DNA of 64,000 bases from the NCBI RefSeq assembly GCF_009914755.1, contig NC_060946.1; one strand, given 5' to 3'. Position numbers and translations under genes: made by a program. The stretch's first letter is position 1. Every line of letters starts with the position of its first letter. The stretch comes from the human T2T-CHM13v2.0 reference genome, Homo sapiens. Shown here one piece after another: positions 41,849 to 56,043 of the stretch. The notes beneath the pieces were generated by a model that saw nothing but the letters and a program-made list of their open reading frames with translations, was not told the origin of the DNA and ran no database searches.

Positions 41849-44800
41849 TGTTAGGCTGTTGTAATTGGCCACAGTCCCAGGTTGACTGAACAAAGTGGGG
41901 GGCGGATGTGGGAGTAAAAGACAAAGACAAAAGAGTATATTAGGAAGAAGGGGTCGGGGGTTCCTTGCTTCTAGTGAACAAGGGCTCTGAGCTTTTCAAG
42001 CTCTCTGAGTTTATTAGGTAAAAGAGATGACGAGAAAAAGGTGGGGGGGTGATTGTCAGGTAATTGTCAGTCAGCCGTTTGGTTCACAGCAGGCTTGCAA
42101 GACTGCATCCTTCAAATAATAGGTGCTAGATATCCCAACAGATAACTTCAAGGAGCCCAGCACCAGGGAGTGATGGCCCTCAGGAAACCTTCTGGCGGCG
42201 GGTGCAGTGTGAGTTTACCCACATCCCGCATTCATGATAAACAGTTTGCTGTTTGATCATATAGCCTCCAGTGAAATGCTGAGTTGGTCACAATCCCTTT
42301 GGCCTTTTCAGCTCCCAACAGGCAGTTAAGTAGACATTAGCAGCTGGGAGGAGAAAAGAGAGCAGAAAGCCTGTCACTGCAACAGCTCCTGGCCCACCTA
42401 AGTTCAGCCCCAGAGCCATTCTAAGACCCCCCTAACTGATGAAGTTGGTGGTATAGTTTGTGGCCAGCACATCCTGAAGAAAGAGAAACTAGGGCACAGG
42501 TGGAAATTCCCTAAAGGGGCACATGCCCAGTAACATGAAACTGTGCCCTCAGGTCACCCCAAGTTCATTATACCATCATTATAATAAAATGTGGTTTTAT
42601 TATACAAAAGCCCCAGAGTGGGCTTTTCTGTGAAAATTATGGGTAAAAACATGCATTGCCTAATTTTAGTTATATAACCATAAACTGCCAATCAGATGAC
42701 ATCGTCCTTTACTCAGACACAGCCCCAACCTCAACTTCTCTCCACAAACCGCACAGAAGCACCTTAAACTCTATATAGAGGGGCTGACTTCACTTCACAG
42801 AAATTAGCCCACTGTCCCTCTGAGAGTGTCTAACTGTGCTTCAATACACTTTGCTTTGAGCTTGCATTTTGGAGTTAGCCTGCAATTGTTTGCTCACTCT
42901 CAGAAGAACTGAGATTACTGGTCCAGAACTCCAGCTCTGTTAATCTCCTCAGTTAAAGGATCCATCCCAGCGCAGAATTCCTGGTAATATCTTAGTGCTG
43001 TGACCTGGATGATTTACGTTCAGCATGGCTTTTAATATGTGCTTGATTTTAGCTTGGGGAACTGAAACATATTTTGCTAAAATGCTTCCTTTCGCTTTGG
43101 GTCAAGATGTTTGTGCTATGTTTCGCTGCTTGGCTAAGAGAAGTTGCAATGAGTGTTGTATTTGCTGCATTAGAGAGGGGGTATATCCCCCAACATGCCA
43201 CCAATAACTTTTAGAGAAGGGCTTAGAGAAATCTTCTCTGGATTTAGGTTTAATTAGCTGTTTAACGTGATTAAACAACTTCATTAGGTTGTAGTGGCCA
43301 TTGAAGCCCAGAGCTTGTTAACAGCCCAGGGAAGCTTTGAGAGGCAAAATGGTTTCTTATGCTCTGGCCACAGAGCCAGGAATCACCCTCAACTCCCTTT
43401 AGACTGGGCATTTTGGCTGGATGCAATTTTTAAAATTACTGATTAAGAGAGCCGATTGGGATTCAGATCATGGGATAGCTTGGATAAATGCTAAGTTTAG
43501 AGGTTTACAGCCGGGAACGAAGGGTAGGCCCATAGTGGGTCATAACCTTTGGAGAACTCCCCAAATCGTCCTCGCCCACCCTTTTGGGCACTCACCCCAC
43601 CCGAGGCCCCCTCCCTGCCACACTGCCATAGGCAGCAGCACAGCTTCTGAAGATCGTTTTGCAATTTTTTTTCCTTTTTCTTTTGAACAGAGCTTCATTT
43701 CTTTTCTTTCTTTCTAACCACTTTTATTCAGAATCTAGGGGACAAATGTTTTCAGCAAGGCTGTAGTACCCACTGTAGGAAGGGGTCTCCATGCTGGGCA
43801 CAGCCATGGTCCACACATAGGTACAACTTGAGAGACACACAGACTGCCCCAGGGGAGGCGGAGCCTCCATCTAAAGAGCAGGGGACACTCTCTCCTGGTA
43901 ATGGTCAAGGATATTGGGATGTCGAGACTACCTTGATCTCAGTGCTGTGTATTCTGGATTGCCAGCTGCATCCACACTCCTATGTAAAACCACAGAGGGC
44001 TGCCCAAACTGATGATGTCTCCACAGACAAATACACTTGTGAGACTTTAGTGGACCTCAAGCCTCTCTTTAAAAGACTGCCAAAAAATAAGTAATGCCCA
44101 CTGACTTTCCCTAGTGCCTTTTTTTAAATATTAGCTTTAAGTTGGATTGTTATAGTTATTCTCATATATTTGCAGTTCAATTGCCTCCTCCTGAATGGGT
44201 GAAATAATTTTTTATGCTAAAATAGCTGTTTTAAATGCAGTAACCAATATTTTTGCTTTTTAAACTAGATTAACCCTTGCAATCATTTCTCCTAATGTTT
44301 TTTTCCAACACCCATATTTAGCTACCATCAAAGAAGTTTTAAAACCTTGTTTAAACACAACATCAACGGACTGCACAACATCACAGAAACTGTTGAATCT
44401 GTGTTTACACCTTCCCTAGCAGAGGTCTATCAGCCATTTCCATTCCTGCTTCTGAGTGGAATCAATCAGAAACATTTCCAGCCCCCACTTCTGTTAACCG
44501 ACCAGAATAAGCTGTCAATCCTAGGGTCGAGCCCACAGTCAATTGCATACTCCTTAAAAGTCTATACCAACAAACCTGTTACAACCTCCGAGGACCTGTC
44601 GTCTATCTGTAATACTATCTGACTAAGCACTCCTTTGTCTTCTATCTTCATTGAGGATGAGGCCATTACTTGGATTTTTTCCTAATATTTCCAAGGCTTG
44701 CAATCACACTTGTACCCTATTTTCCACCCAATTATGTGTCAGCTTAGTCACTGACAACAAAAAATGCAAACATACCTGATATTCTAATTCTTCTTTGTGT

Positions 44801-46733
44801 TTTATTCATTTCCCAAGCCCCCCAACAGAACCACTATGTGGAAAGAAGCCAGCTATTCTGGATCTACCCTTTTCCCCAGACCCACACCAGAATATCATTT
44901 TAAACATAACAACTTCTGGTTTCAGTCTCACAACTTCGGGCAAAATCATTGCAAAAAACTGCAGCTCCCCATAATTTCACAATATTGGTTGGGATCCCAT
45001 CACTCCTTCCTCTAATTGGGCTTTTGATTCCTCTTTCATTCTGTCAAGTACTGCCTGTGTTCCCCCATTACATGAACTAGCCTTGACTTCCACTTCTGAG
45101 GGTATTAAAGCAGACTTACACAGCATGGAAAAACCCTACTTTAGTATCACTGTTGATATTTGTCTTAACATGACAAATCACATTTTTGTATAGAAACAAG
45201 GCATATCTCTGCTTGTCTGCTAATTAAACGGGGATTTGGCCCTAGTTTACATCATCCCCAAACTCACTCTTATCGATAGCATTCCCCTCCCTATACACGC
45301 TCAATCTGGTAAAACTGAAAGAGGAGTTTTAACAGCACTGACTATAATTGGCGTTCTGGCTGGTATTGGCACGGGAACTGGAGGACCTCCTTAACTCCAT
45401 TTTTACTGCCCAGAAACTCTTCTTAAAAATTACTCAACAAATTATTAATCTAACTAACCAGGTCAATACCCTTTCAGAACAAATTGCTTCATTAGCAAGC
45501 ATAGTCTTATGAAATTGATGAGCTTTTAATTTGCTCACAGCCAATCAAGGGGGAGCTTGTGCAACACTTGATAAACATTGCTGTTTTCATCAACCAATCA
45601 GGTAAAGTGCAAACCAACTTAAAAAAATTACAGACAGGGCCAACAAGTTAATGGAAAACAGAGTTTCAGGAGGCTTTGACTGGTGGAAATTTAACAACTG
45701 GTCCTGGTTTTCCTGGTTAGCCCCCTTTCTTGGTCCTAAAACAGCTTTATACAACTTATAGCTTTCAAACGATGCTCATTTGATTTACAAGGTTGTTTTG
45801 TTTCTTCCCACCTAGAATCCATAAAACTCCAAATGATTCTACACAAGGTTACCGCGAGGTCTCAACCATGTCTGATATCTACGTGGGCCCCTTGGATGGC
45901 CACCACTTTTCTCTGCCCAACCTACCAGCTACAAGAGAGCAAAAAAGAGAACCCAATTATTACCACTGCCTCTTGTCAGCAGGAAGTAGCCAGATTAATT
46001 GTCACCGATCTACCCAAAAATTTGGCTTTTTTTCTCTAAAGGGGGAAATATTAGGTAGTTAAATAGACATTAGCAGCTAGGAGTGGGTAAGAAAAGAGAG
46101 TAGAAAGGCTGACAGTGAAACAGCCCCTGGCCCACCTAAGTTTAGCCCCAGAACCGTCCTAATGCCATCCTAATGGATGGAGTTTTTGGTAAAGTCTGTG
46201 GCCAGCACATCCCAAAGAAAGAGAAAGTAAGGCACAGGTGGAAGTCTCCTAAAGGGGCACATGCCCAGTAACACAAAAACATGCCCTCAGGTCACCCCAA
46301 GTTCATTATACCATCATTATAATAAAATTTACATGTGGTTGTACCCTCCTTTCCCCAGAGTGGGCTTTTCTGTATAAATGATGGGTAAAACCATGCCAGT
46401 TTAATTTTAGTTATATAACCATAAACTGCCAATCAAATGACATCATCCTGTTACTCAGACACAACCCAAACCTTGACTCCTCCCCACAAACCCCATAAAA
46501 GCACCTTAAACCCTGTAAAGAGGGGCTTATTTCACTTCGCAGAAATCATTCCGCTCTCCCTCTGAGAGTATATTACTGTGCTTCAATACACTTTGCCTTG
46601 AGCTTGCATTTTGGTGTTAGTCTGCAATTCTTCGCTCACTATCAGAGGAACTGAGATTGCTGGTCCAGAGCTCCAGCTCTGTTAATCCCCACCTCTGTTA
46701 AGAATCCATCCCAGTGCAGGATTATTGGTAACA
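41849..46733 (+). mobile_element. Internally deleted ERV1 provirus: 5' LTR 41849-42989, 3' LTR 46049-46733, env remnant about 45200-45800
   Basis: Two similar ~680-bp LTRs. PBS-like tagtgctgtgacctggat (42993-43010), PPT aaagggggaaa (46038-46048). Env fusion peptide GVLAGIGTGTGG and immunosuppressive/CX6CC remnant VL*N**AFNLLTANQGGACATLDKHCCF. Confidence 0.92.
41860..42320 (-). mobile_element. Solo LTR (LTR3/HML-6-like) nested in the start of the 5' LTR
   Basis: Minus strand begins tgttgggagctgaaaaggccaaagggattgtgaccaactcagc. 6-bp TSD ggctgt/ggcagt. Family name from memory. Confidence 0.8.
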
Positions 46734-47510
46734 CTTAGAGGGAAGGGGCCTAAGCCCACTGCTCAGCCACAGTCCCGTGGCTAAGAAGGCGTGCTGTCGG
46801 ATTGCTGGCGGACTTTTCTGCTTTACCCCAGGCAGAAGGGTTTTGAGAGGGGCTGAACCCTGACCAACATGACCCTTTCACTGGGAACTGTTTCATCCTG
46901 GGCAAATGTCCCTGCAGCCTCGTGGCCACCACCCCATACACCTGCCAGATTTTCAGGGAGGAACAGGAGGGTGATTACACAAGAACTGTACGATACACTT
47001 TGAAATATACCCACTTCTCTATTTAATTGGAATTTGATAACCATCTCTTAAATGGGCCAGGAGTATGATCTGAGTTTACAGGTGAGGAAACTGAGGCAAG
47101 GCATGAGGCTGTGGCTTTCAACCAGCAACTCGGGGAGGAGCCAAGATTTGTAAACCAAGATGCGTCTGAGACAGATCTCAATCCGTTTAGTGGTTTATTT
47201 TGTCATGGTTGAGGATGCCCACAGGAAAAAAAAAAGAGACACAAGTCACAGTCGGATCTGTGGCCCACAAGTTTTCAAAAGAGGGTTTTAAGGGCTTCAA
47301 TATTTCAAAGGTAAAGAGTGGGAAGGAGGAGGAGGGATGAAAAAAAAAGACAGGACAGGTAGTGAGAAGAGTTGTCACATTCTTGTGAGGCTTTGATTAG
47401 CACTTCCTGAATCTATGTGCTGCATGTAAAAGGCATGGATAGAAGAACAGTAATTATGCATTCATCTCATGCTCAGTAAATGTGTATTTTACAGAAGATA
47501 AAAATAAACA

Positions 47511-47815
47511 GGCAGGGCTTGGTGGCTCATGCCTGTAATCCCAGCACTTTGGGAGGCCTAGGCACTTGGATCACCTGGAGTCAGGAGGTCGTGACCAACC
47601 TGGCCAACATGGCAAAACCTCGGGTCTACTAAAAATACAAAAAGTAGCTGGGCATGGTGGTGCACGCCTGTAGTTTCAGCTACTCAGGAGGCTGAGGCAG
47701 GAGAATCGCTTGAATCCAGGAGGTGGAGGTTGCAGTGAGCCGGGATCATGCCACTGCAATCCAGCCTGGGCTAGAGAGGGAGACTCCATCTCAAAACAAA
47801 ACAAAACAACAACAA
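47511..47815 (+). mobile_element. Alu in the MER4-group LTR
   Basis: Consensus match. Confidence 0.95.
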
Positions 47816-49664
47816 TAAAATGAACATAGATTAGAGGAAGCAGTCACATATGCATTTGTGTTGAAGTGAGCAGCAGGGTAATTTCTAGTCTTGGTTTTGT
47901 CATGTACCTGTCAAGGTAAGTTACTAATTTGCATTGTCATGGTAAAATTCCACAGGCTCTGTTTTAAGGGAAAAGATGTTGGGGCTCACAAGGAATTTTC
48001 TTGTGGGAAATCCATGAGGAAGACCACCTGGGGAATATGTTGCCTTCTGTCTTGGCAGATACCTGTTTAGGGACAAAAAGAAGGGCAGTTTTTTGACTGA
48101 TTCAATTTCCCTGCTTAACGGTTTTCTTTGGCATAGAGAGTTTGGGGCCCTGATATTTTATTTTCCTTTGACATTATCTCTCCCTTTTACAAAATCTTTT
48201 TGAGAAAGCATTGGAGATGCAAATGAGTCTCTGGTCATGAGTTTCATCTGATTCCTGTCAGATGAAGTTGTCTAGTTTCAGTCTGTAGGGTGTTCAGGGA
48301 AGCACAGTTTTAATTTCTGGTGATTCCGAGTGAGAAAAATGAGAGAAAGAAGACAAGAATGATGCTTCTTTTGAGACTTGCAGCCAAGAAAGAATTCACG
48401 AGCCAGCCTAGATGAATTTTGGACAAATAATAAAACTGGAATACAATGGACAAAGCTAGAATCTAATAACAGGTATTCTACAGTTTCTTTTAAAACATAT
48501 TTTTTTTTCTCTTCAGTCCTCTAATTCTACCAAAGACAAATCATGGTAGGACTAATTTATTTGAAAAATAAGTTGTAGTCTTATGATACTTGGCCTGATT
48601 ACTTTCATAAAGTGCAGTAAGAACAATGATTTACCATATGGGTTCTTCTTAAGAAATTGGATTTGCTGGAACATCTTCTTTTTCATAAGGAATCTCAGAT
48701 TACACCTTTTAAAGCCTTGAGTTCAGCCAAGTATTTATCTGTGCCTGCAGGTTTCTGTATGAATTGGGTGAGTTCCTCTCTTCTTGAGATTCCAAGATAA
48801 CTTGGGGGTTCCTAGGCCTGTCAGAAAGTATTATTTTCCTTACTTACCCCACATCCCACATCAGGAACCCTGCATAGTTAAAGAATGAGGCCAATTTTTT
48901 GATGGGGCTTTCATTGGCTCTATAAGTCAACCTCTATTCCTCAAAGCTGCCTGCTCATATGTGAAAATATGCCATGCCAGTCAAAGCCTTGATAAAATAA
49001 CTAGTGTCTCCAATGGTGTCCTATTGCAAAGGAAAACAGATTGTTACTGAACTTATGCAAATAATTCTATTGCCATAAATTAAGAAAACTCACAAATAGT
49101 TTCCAAATTCTGGAGAAATCAAATAGAGAGAAAGAAATGTGCTTTAACTTTTGCTCACAAGAGTGTATTTCATTCAACTGTCAAAAGCTGTACATAGCTC
49201 ACAAGATATCAACGTTTCCTTGACTCTGAAGAAGAAAAAAAAAAGAATCAGCCATGTTTCAAACACAAAGTCATCTAAAAAATTATTTCAGTCCTCTATT
49301 AGATCAGTCCTAAGATAGAAAAAAAATCAAAAATGTTATTTTGGAGACTTGCCGCCAGGAAAGATTTCAGGATCCATTCTAGATAAATTTTGGACAAATA
49401 ACAAAACTGGAAAAACAATGCACAAGGCCCTAATCTAGTAACAGGTGTTCTATAACTCGTTCCACCTGATATTGGGTTAGCAATCCTCATGAACATAACA
49501 ACTTTTTAATTAGAGTCCTGGATTTTTTTTCTCTAGTCCAATGGCATAGCCTGTAGCTGACCATAAACTGGTATTGAGAAGAATTAAAGTAAAACAGTAA
49601 CTGTGGATAGCAAAAGTATTAGAGCAGCCTTGGCAAACACAAAATTGACAAGGAAATTTGGTTA

Positions 49665-50066
<402 letters not shown>

Positions 50067-50132
50067 TCATACAATTTTGGAACACATTTATTTATATATA
50101 ACTCAAAGAAAGTTACAACACCATTTTACATC

Positions 50133-50610
50133 TGTCCTGCTAGACCCGTGCTAGACACTTGCAAGCTCGGAGAGCACAGTCTTGGAGAGAGTAAAGAAAA
50201 GACTTGGAGAGAGCAGATGAGACATAAGCTTTATTCAGGGAACTTACATACAAGGAGTCCAGGAGCAGCAGGCTGGACAGAAAGCCCCTCACATTTGTAA
50301 AAAGCATGCAGTTTATATAGTATCCTTCCCACAGCAACCTCCACTTAGCCACCTCCACCCGGCAACCTCCACTTAGCCCAAAACAAAGGGCCTTGGTTCC
50401 CTCCAGGACCTGCTTCCCAAGGACTGGGCCAGGTTACAGGTGTTCTTCATAGGTATAGTGTAAACATCTGGATTGGCCATTCCTGGGGTCCATAGTTTAG
50501 AACAATGAACAAACATTCACCAAGGAACATAGGGCCATTCTCAGGGGATGCTTGAATTATTGCTGTCTGACAGGACATGCCCACTAGGCACTCCACTCCA
50601 GTATAGCCTT
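50133..50610 (-). mobile_element. Nested solo LTR, family unassigned
   Basis: Minus-strand TATATAAA and AATAAA. GC-richer block inside the AT-rich ERV internal sequence. Confidence 0.6.
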
Positions 50611-50906
50611 CAGTGGCCCTCTCGTACCAAGTAAGATGAATATGTCTCTTCAAGACTTCAGGGGACCTAATATCTAAAAAATTAATGAGGTCAAAACACT
50701 GGATTTGAAATTTGATTTTAGAAAGTTTGTCAAATACCAAAGGTTGAAAACACTTGATATCACAAAATAGGATTACGCTCACTATAAAGTAAGTCATTCG
50801 TGTGGCCAAAGAGATAACTTAAATATTTCAAAAACATAGAAATGTTTACACCTTGAGAGAGAGAAGACTCAGTTTCCCACACAATAACACCTCATAAAGA
50901 CAGCAT

Positions 50907-51205
50907 GGGCCGGGCATGGCAGCTCATGACTGTAATCCCAGCACTATGGGAGGCCAAGGCAAGCGGATCACCTGAGGTCAGGAGTTCGAGACTGGCCTGG
51001 CCAACATGGCGAAACCCCGTCTCTACTTAAAATACAAAAATTAGCCAGACGCGGTGGTGGGCACCTGTAATCCCAGCTATTCGGGAGGCTGAGGCAGGGA
51101 GAATTGCTGGAACCCGGGAGGCAGAGGTCGCAGTGAGCCGAGATCACGCCATTGCGCTCCAGCCTGAGCAACAGAGTGAGACTCCACCGCAAAAAAATAA
51201 ATAAA
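50907..51205 (+). mobile_element. Alu
   Basis: TSD acagcatg. Confidence 0.95.
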
Positions 51206-51724
51206 CAGCATGAGGCCAGTGGAATCTGTTTCTCTCCCTACCAGCTTTTTTGTAGTTTATTCAAAAAGCAAACAGACGTCTTTTATTATCTTGTAATATT
51301 ACATGAAAATCTTGTTCAAAGCAGCAAGCCCAAATTTACCTTTGCTTAACACTAAAGTTAATTTTAATATCTTAGAAACAAATCTGTCAAATTTTAATTA
51401 GTTACATCTTAAGGTAAAATATTTTATAAATATTTTATAACCTTTTCAATTTCTATTAAAAAGCAGATCAATGCTCCAAGAAAGCCCTGTTATTCTCATA
51501 CAGTGGCTCAGATTCTGACCTTTCATCAGTGTGGTATTTATATTAATTTTCAATTTATAGGAAAAGTAAATAATCCCCATTACAATTTTGCCACCTTGAT
51601 CACAAACAAATTCTTTTTACAAGAATAATCTTCCACACACCTTCTATAATTGGCTGAAAACTTTGGTTTGGTCCTGTTTTTCATTTAACTTGAAATAATC
51701 CTTAAAAACTTCTAAACTAGATAA

Positions 51725-52037
<313 letters not shown>

Positions 52038-52108
52038 TAATTACGTTTAACAAAACCCACATTCCTGTGCCTCTTATAACGTTTTTACCAAAAACACATC
52101 CTACCTTT

Positions 52109-52475
52109 TGTCACAGGTATAACTGACTGGGACCAATATTGTGGACAGTAAAATAATTTACCCAAGACAGTCATGGGTAAAGAAAGACAGATTTATTAGA
52201 GAAAGTACAAAGACACATTGCAAAAGTGCAATGGTCAGCACAGCAAAGAAGGGACGTCTGCAAAGTGTCAGGGGCTGAAGGGAAGTTTCATAGGGTTGTA
52301 CTGGAGGCTACCTGTGGAATGAGGTGCAGCTGGGGCTACATGCGGAGTGAGGTATTTGGGAACAGGATGTCATGCTAGTTGGTTGTCTGTGATCAGCTGT
52401 CTCTCAGAACAATTGTTCTCCCCCACCTGGGGCCCCTTCCTCGTTGTTGCTTACTTATCTTATTAGGACTCCACA
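52109..52475 (-). mobile_element. Nested solo LTR (MER61-like)
   Basis: tgtcacagg...aatttacccaagacag...agatttattagagaaagt...aggactccaca. Confidence 0.65.
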
Positions 52476-52609
52476 CAAATTACTCCTTATCAGATTTTAG
52501 CCAGGACAAACAGCTGATATTTCTGGCTTTTTAACTTTTATACAAAAGATAACCTCCTGAGTGAAACCAATAACGCTTAACTAAGGTCATTACTGAACCA
52601 TGGATGCAT

Positions 52610-52971
52610 GGATTCCCCCTGTTCTCAGGCTACACACTAGACAGAAAGTGAGCTAAGCTATTTTCACTGTATTCTTATCTTTGCAGGTGTAAACTCAACC
52701 TTTTCCCCACGGCACTTCCTTGGGTTATTCTGAAAGCCTCTGCAGTACTCTGATTATCCCGATGTATATACTACATGAAACACTGTCTGGTTTATTAGTT
52801 CATTTATCTCACTAACAGCAATCATACTAATACGTTTTTATGACCTGAGAAGCCTTTGCTTCAAAAGAAGAAGTTTTAGTAGTTGAAGTATCAACTACAA
52901 ATCTCAAATGACTCTACGGTTGCCCACCACCATACCACACATTTGAAGAACCAGCTTACGTAAAATCCTTG
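52610..52971 (+). pseudogene. MTCO1P20: MT-CO1 pseudogene, 3' part
   Basis: FPLFSGYTL...GVNSTFSP...YSDYPD...[11 protein letters not shown]. Symbol from memory. Confidence 0.85.
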
Positions 52972-52972
52972 A

Positions 52973-53117
52973 CGAGAAAGGAAGGAATCAAACCTCCTAA
53001 AACTGGTTCCAAACGAGCTTCATAATCACTCTGACTTTCTCAATTAAAATGTATTAGTAAAAATAATTACATAACTTTGTCAAAGTTAACTTGTAGGTTA
53101 AAATTATTTATCTCTTT
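52973..53117. pseudogene. NUMT tRNA-Ser(UCN) (minus, about 52973-53041) and tRNA-Asp (plus, about 53046-53117)
   Basis: gaaaggaaggaatcaaacc and ataactttgtcaaagttaa in mitochondrial order. Confidence 0.85.
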
Positions 53118-54145
53118 ATGGCATATCCATTTAAACTAGGCTTCCAAGATGCTATGTCACCTATCATAGAAGGAAGAACTCCTTCATTTTCATGACCACA
53201 CCCATGTGGTCATTTTCTTTTCTCTGTTTTTTTTTTTTTTTTTTTTTTTTTTGAGACAGAGTTTCACTCTTGACTCTTGTTGCCCAGGTTGGAGAGCAAT
53301 GGCACGATCTTGGCTCAACACAACCTCCGCCTACCGGCTTCAAGCGATTCTCCTACTTCAGCCTCCCACGCAGCTGGGATTACAGGCATGTGCCACCACG
53401 CCCGGCTGATTTTGTATTTTTATTAGAGACAGGATTTTTTCATGTTGATCAGGCTGGTCTTGAACTCCCGACCTTAGGTGATCCGCCCGCCTCGGCCTCC
53501 CAAAGTGCTGGGATTACAGGCGTGAGCCACCACCGTGCCTGGCCGTGATCATTTCCTTAATTCGTTCATTAGTACTTTATATTACTTCCCTGATACTAAC
53601 AAATTAACTTGCACAAGACTATAGATGCCCAAGAAGTGGAGACAATATGAACTATGTTGCTTGCTAGTATCTTAATTTTAATTGTTCTCCCATCATTATG
53701 TGTTCTAATACATAATAGATGAAATTAATAATCTCTCCCTTTCTGTCAAAACTATAGGGCATCAATGATATTGAAGCTACAAATATACAGATTATGAAGA
53801 CCTAAGTTTTGACTCCTACATAATTCCCACAACAGACTTAAAATCAAGAGAGCTGTGGTTACTTGAAGTTGACAGTTGAGTAGTTCTCCCTATAGAAATA
53901 TTAATTCATATGTTAATTTCATCAGAAGATGTCCTATATTTGTGAGCCATACCATCACATCAATAGGCCTAAAAATCGTTGCAATCCCAGGGCATTTAAA
54001 CCAAGCAACCTTAACATCTATACGACCAGACCTTTACTACAGACAATGCCCAGAAATCTGCAGATCCAACCATGGCTTTATACCCATTGTTCTTGAACTA
54101 GTCCCCCTAAAGCACTTCGAAAATTGGTCAGCCTCTGTATCATAA
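53118..54145 (+). pseudogene. MTCO2P20: MT-CO2 pseudogene split by an Alu
   Basis: MAYPFKLGFQDA...[32 protein letters not shown]. Symbol from memory. Confidence 0.88.
53221..53544 (-). mobile_element. Alu inserted in NUMT COX2
   Basis: TSD gtgRtcatttYctt. Confidence 0.95.
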
Positions 54146-54148
54146 TAT

Positions 54149-54420
54149 CACTGTGAAGCTAATTAGCATTAACCTTTTATGTTAAAGACCGAGAGCCAGG
54201 ATTTCTCCACATTAAAATGTCCCAACTAAACACATCTACATTATTTACTATGGTTTTATGTATAATCATATCACTCTTTATCTTATTTCAATTAAAATTC
54301 TCAAAATTTATCTCCCCAATAAGCTCAACACTAAAATTCTTTGAATCACAGAAACTTGAAATTCCTTGAGAAATAAAATGAATGGAAATGTATTTGCCTT
54401 TCATTGCCCTAACAGTAATA
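54149..54420 (+). pseudogene. NUMT tRNA-Lys (54149-54215) and MT-ATP8 pseudogene (from 54217)
   Basis: cactgtgaagctaattagcattaacctttt; atgtcccaactaaacacatc...ccttgagaaataaaatga. Confidence 0.85.
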
Positions 54421-55350
54421 CGAAGACCCGTAGTTATAATCTCCTATTTCCAAGTATTTTATTTCTATCATCTAGTCACCTGATTAACAACTGGCTAATC
54501 TCCATTCAACAGCGACTAATTCAACTCATATTAAAACAAATGATAATAATACATAATACCAATGGATGAAGCTGATCCCTTATACTAATTTCATGTATTC
54601 TGTTTATTGGCTCAACTAATTTACTGGGAGGCTTCCCACTCACACCAACTACTCAACTCTCAATAAATTTAGGTATAGCTATTCCAGTATGAGCAGGAGC
54701 AGTAATTACTGGTTTTTGTCACAAAACAAAAGCATCCCTTGCTTATTTCCTACCACAAGGAATGCCTATTTAACTTCTCTCTTTTCTAGTCATCGTCAAA
54801 ACCATTAGCCTTTTCATTCAACCAATAGCCTTACCCATATGATTGACAGCCAATATTACAACTGTAAATGTAAATTATACATTTAACTGGAGGTGCCATC
54901 TTAGTATCAACATCTATTAGCCTACCCACAGCCTCAGTCCCATTTATTACCTTGATTTTACTAGCCGTTCTTGAATTTGCCATGGTTTTAATCCAAGCAT
55001 ATGTTTTTACAATTTTTTTTTGAGACAGAGTCTAGCTCTATCACTCATGCTGAAATGTAGTGACATGATCTTGGTTTACTACAGCCTCCAACTCCTGGGC
55101 TCAAGCAGTCCTCCAGCCTAGCCTCTGGAGTAGCTGGGACTACAGTTTCATGTCACCATGTCTGACTATTTTTTTATTTTTTATTTTTTGGTTAGATGGG
55201 GTTTTATCAATGTGCCCAGGCTGGTCTCAAACTCTTAGGTTCAAGCAATCTACCTGCCTTGGCCTCCCAAAGTGGGATTATAGGTGTGAGACACCATACT
55301 CAGTGGTTTTTACACTTCTAGTGAGCCTCTACTCACATGATAGTACTTTA
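54378..55350 (+). pseudogene. MTATP6P20: MT-ATP6 pseudogene split by an Alu
   Basis: [36 protein letters not shown]. Symbol from memory. Confidence 0.88.
55013..55301 (-). mobile_element. Alu (J-like, heavily diverged) inserted in NUMT ATP6
   Basis: Consensus match. TSD gtttttaca. Confidence 0.9.
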
Positions 55351-56043
55351 CGACCTACAAAACCCAAGCATATAATAGAGTAAGCTTCAGCCCTTGGCCA
55401 TTCACAGGGGCGCTCATAACTACTGTAACACTTGTTGAAAGGCACTCATTACAACATCTGTCTTAGCCATATGATTCCACTCGAACTCAATTACTCTATT
55501 AACCCTAGGCCTAGTAACTAATACATTAACAATGTATCAATCATAATGAGACAATATCAGAGAAGGCACATTCCATGGCCACCACTTGTCAATTGTCCGA
55601 AAGGGCCTTAGATATGGAATAATTTTATTTATCCCATCAGAAGTAGTTTTCTCTGCTGGATTCTTCTGAGCATTCAAGCCTGGTCCCAATCCCAGAACTC
55701 GGAGGCTGCTGACCTCCAACAGGTATTTACCTCCTTAACCCCTTCGAAGTGCCCCTACTCAACATATCCATTCTCTCAGCTTTGGGAGTATCAATTACCT
55801 GAGCCCATCATAGTTTGAAAGAAGAAAACCAAAAACACATACTCCAAACCTTATCCATTACGATTGCCCTGGATATTTACTTTACACTCTTCCAAGCCTC
55901 AGAATGCTTCCAGGCACCTTTCACCACCTCTCATGGCATATATGGCTCAACATTCTCTATCGCTACAGACTTCCATGGACTTCACGTCATCAATGGCTCA
56001 ACCTTCCTAACCATCTGCCTTGTGCATCAACGAAAATTTCACT
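55350..56043 (+). pseudogene. MTCO3P20: MT-CO3 pseudogene, 3'-truncated
   Basis: [41 protein letters not shown]. Symbol from memory. Confidence 0.88.

Noticed and set aside
45200-45800. Syncytin-like env gene
   Set aside because: Multiple stops and frameshifts in the TM region, including the immunosuppressive motif.
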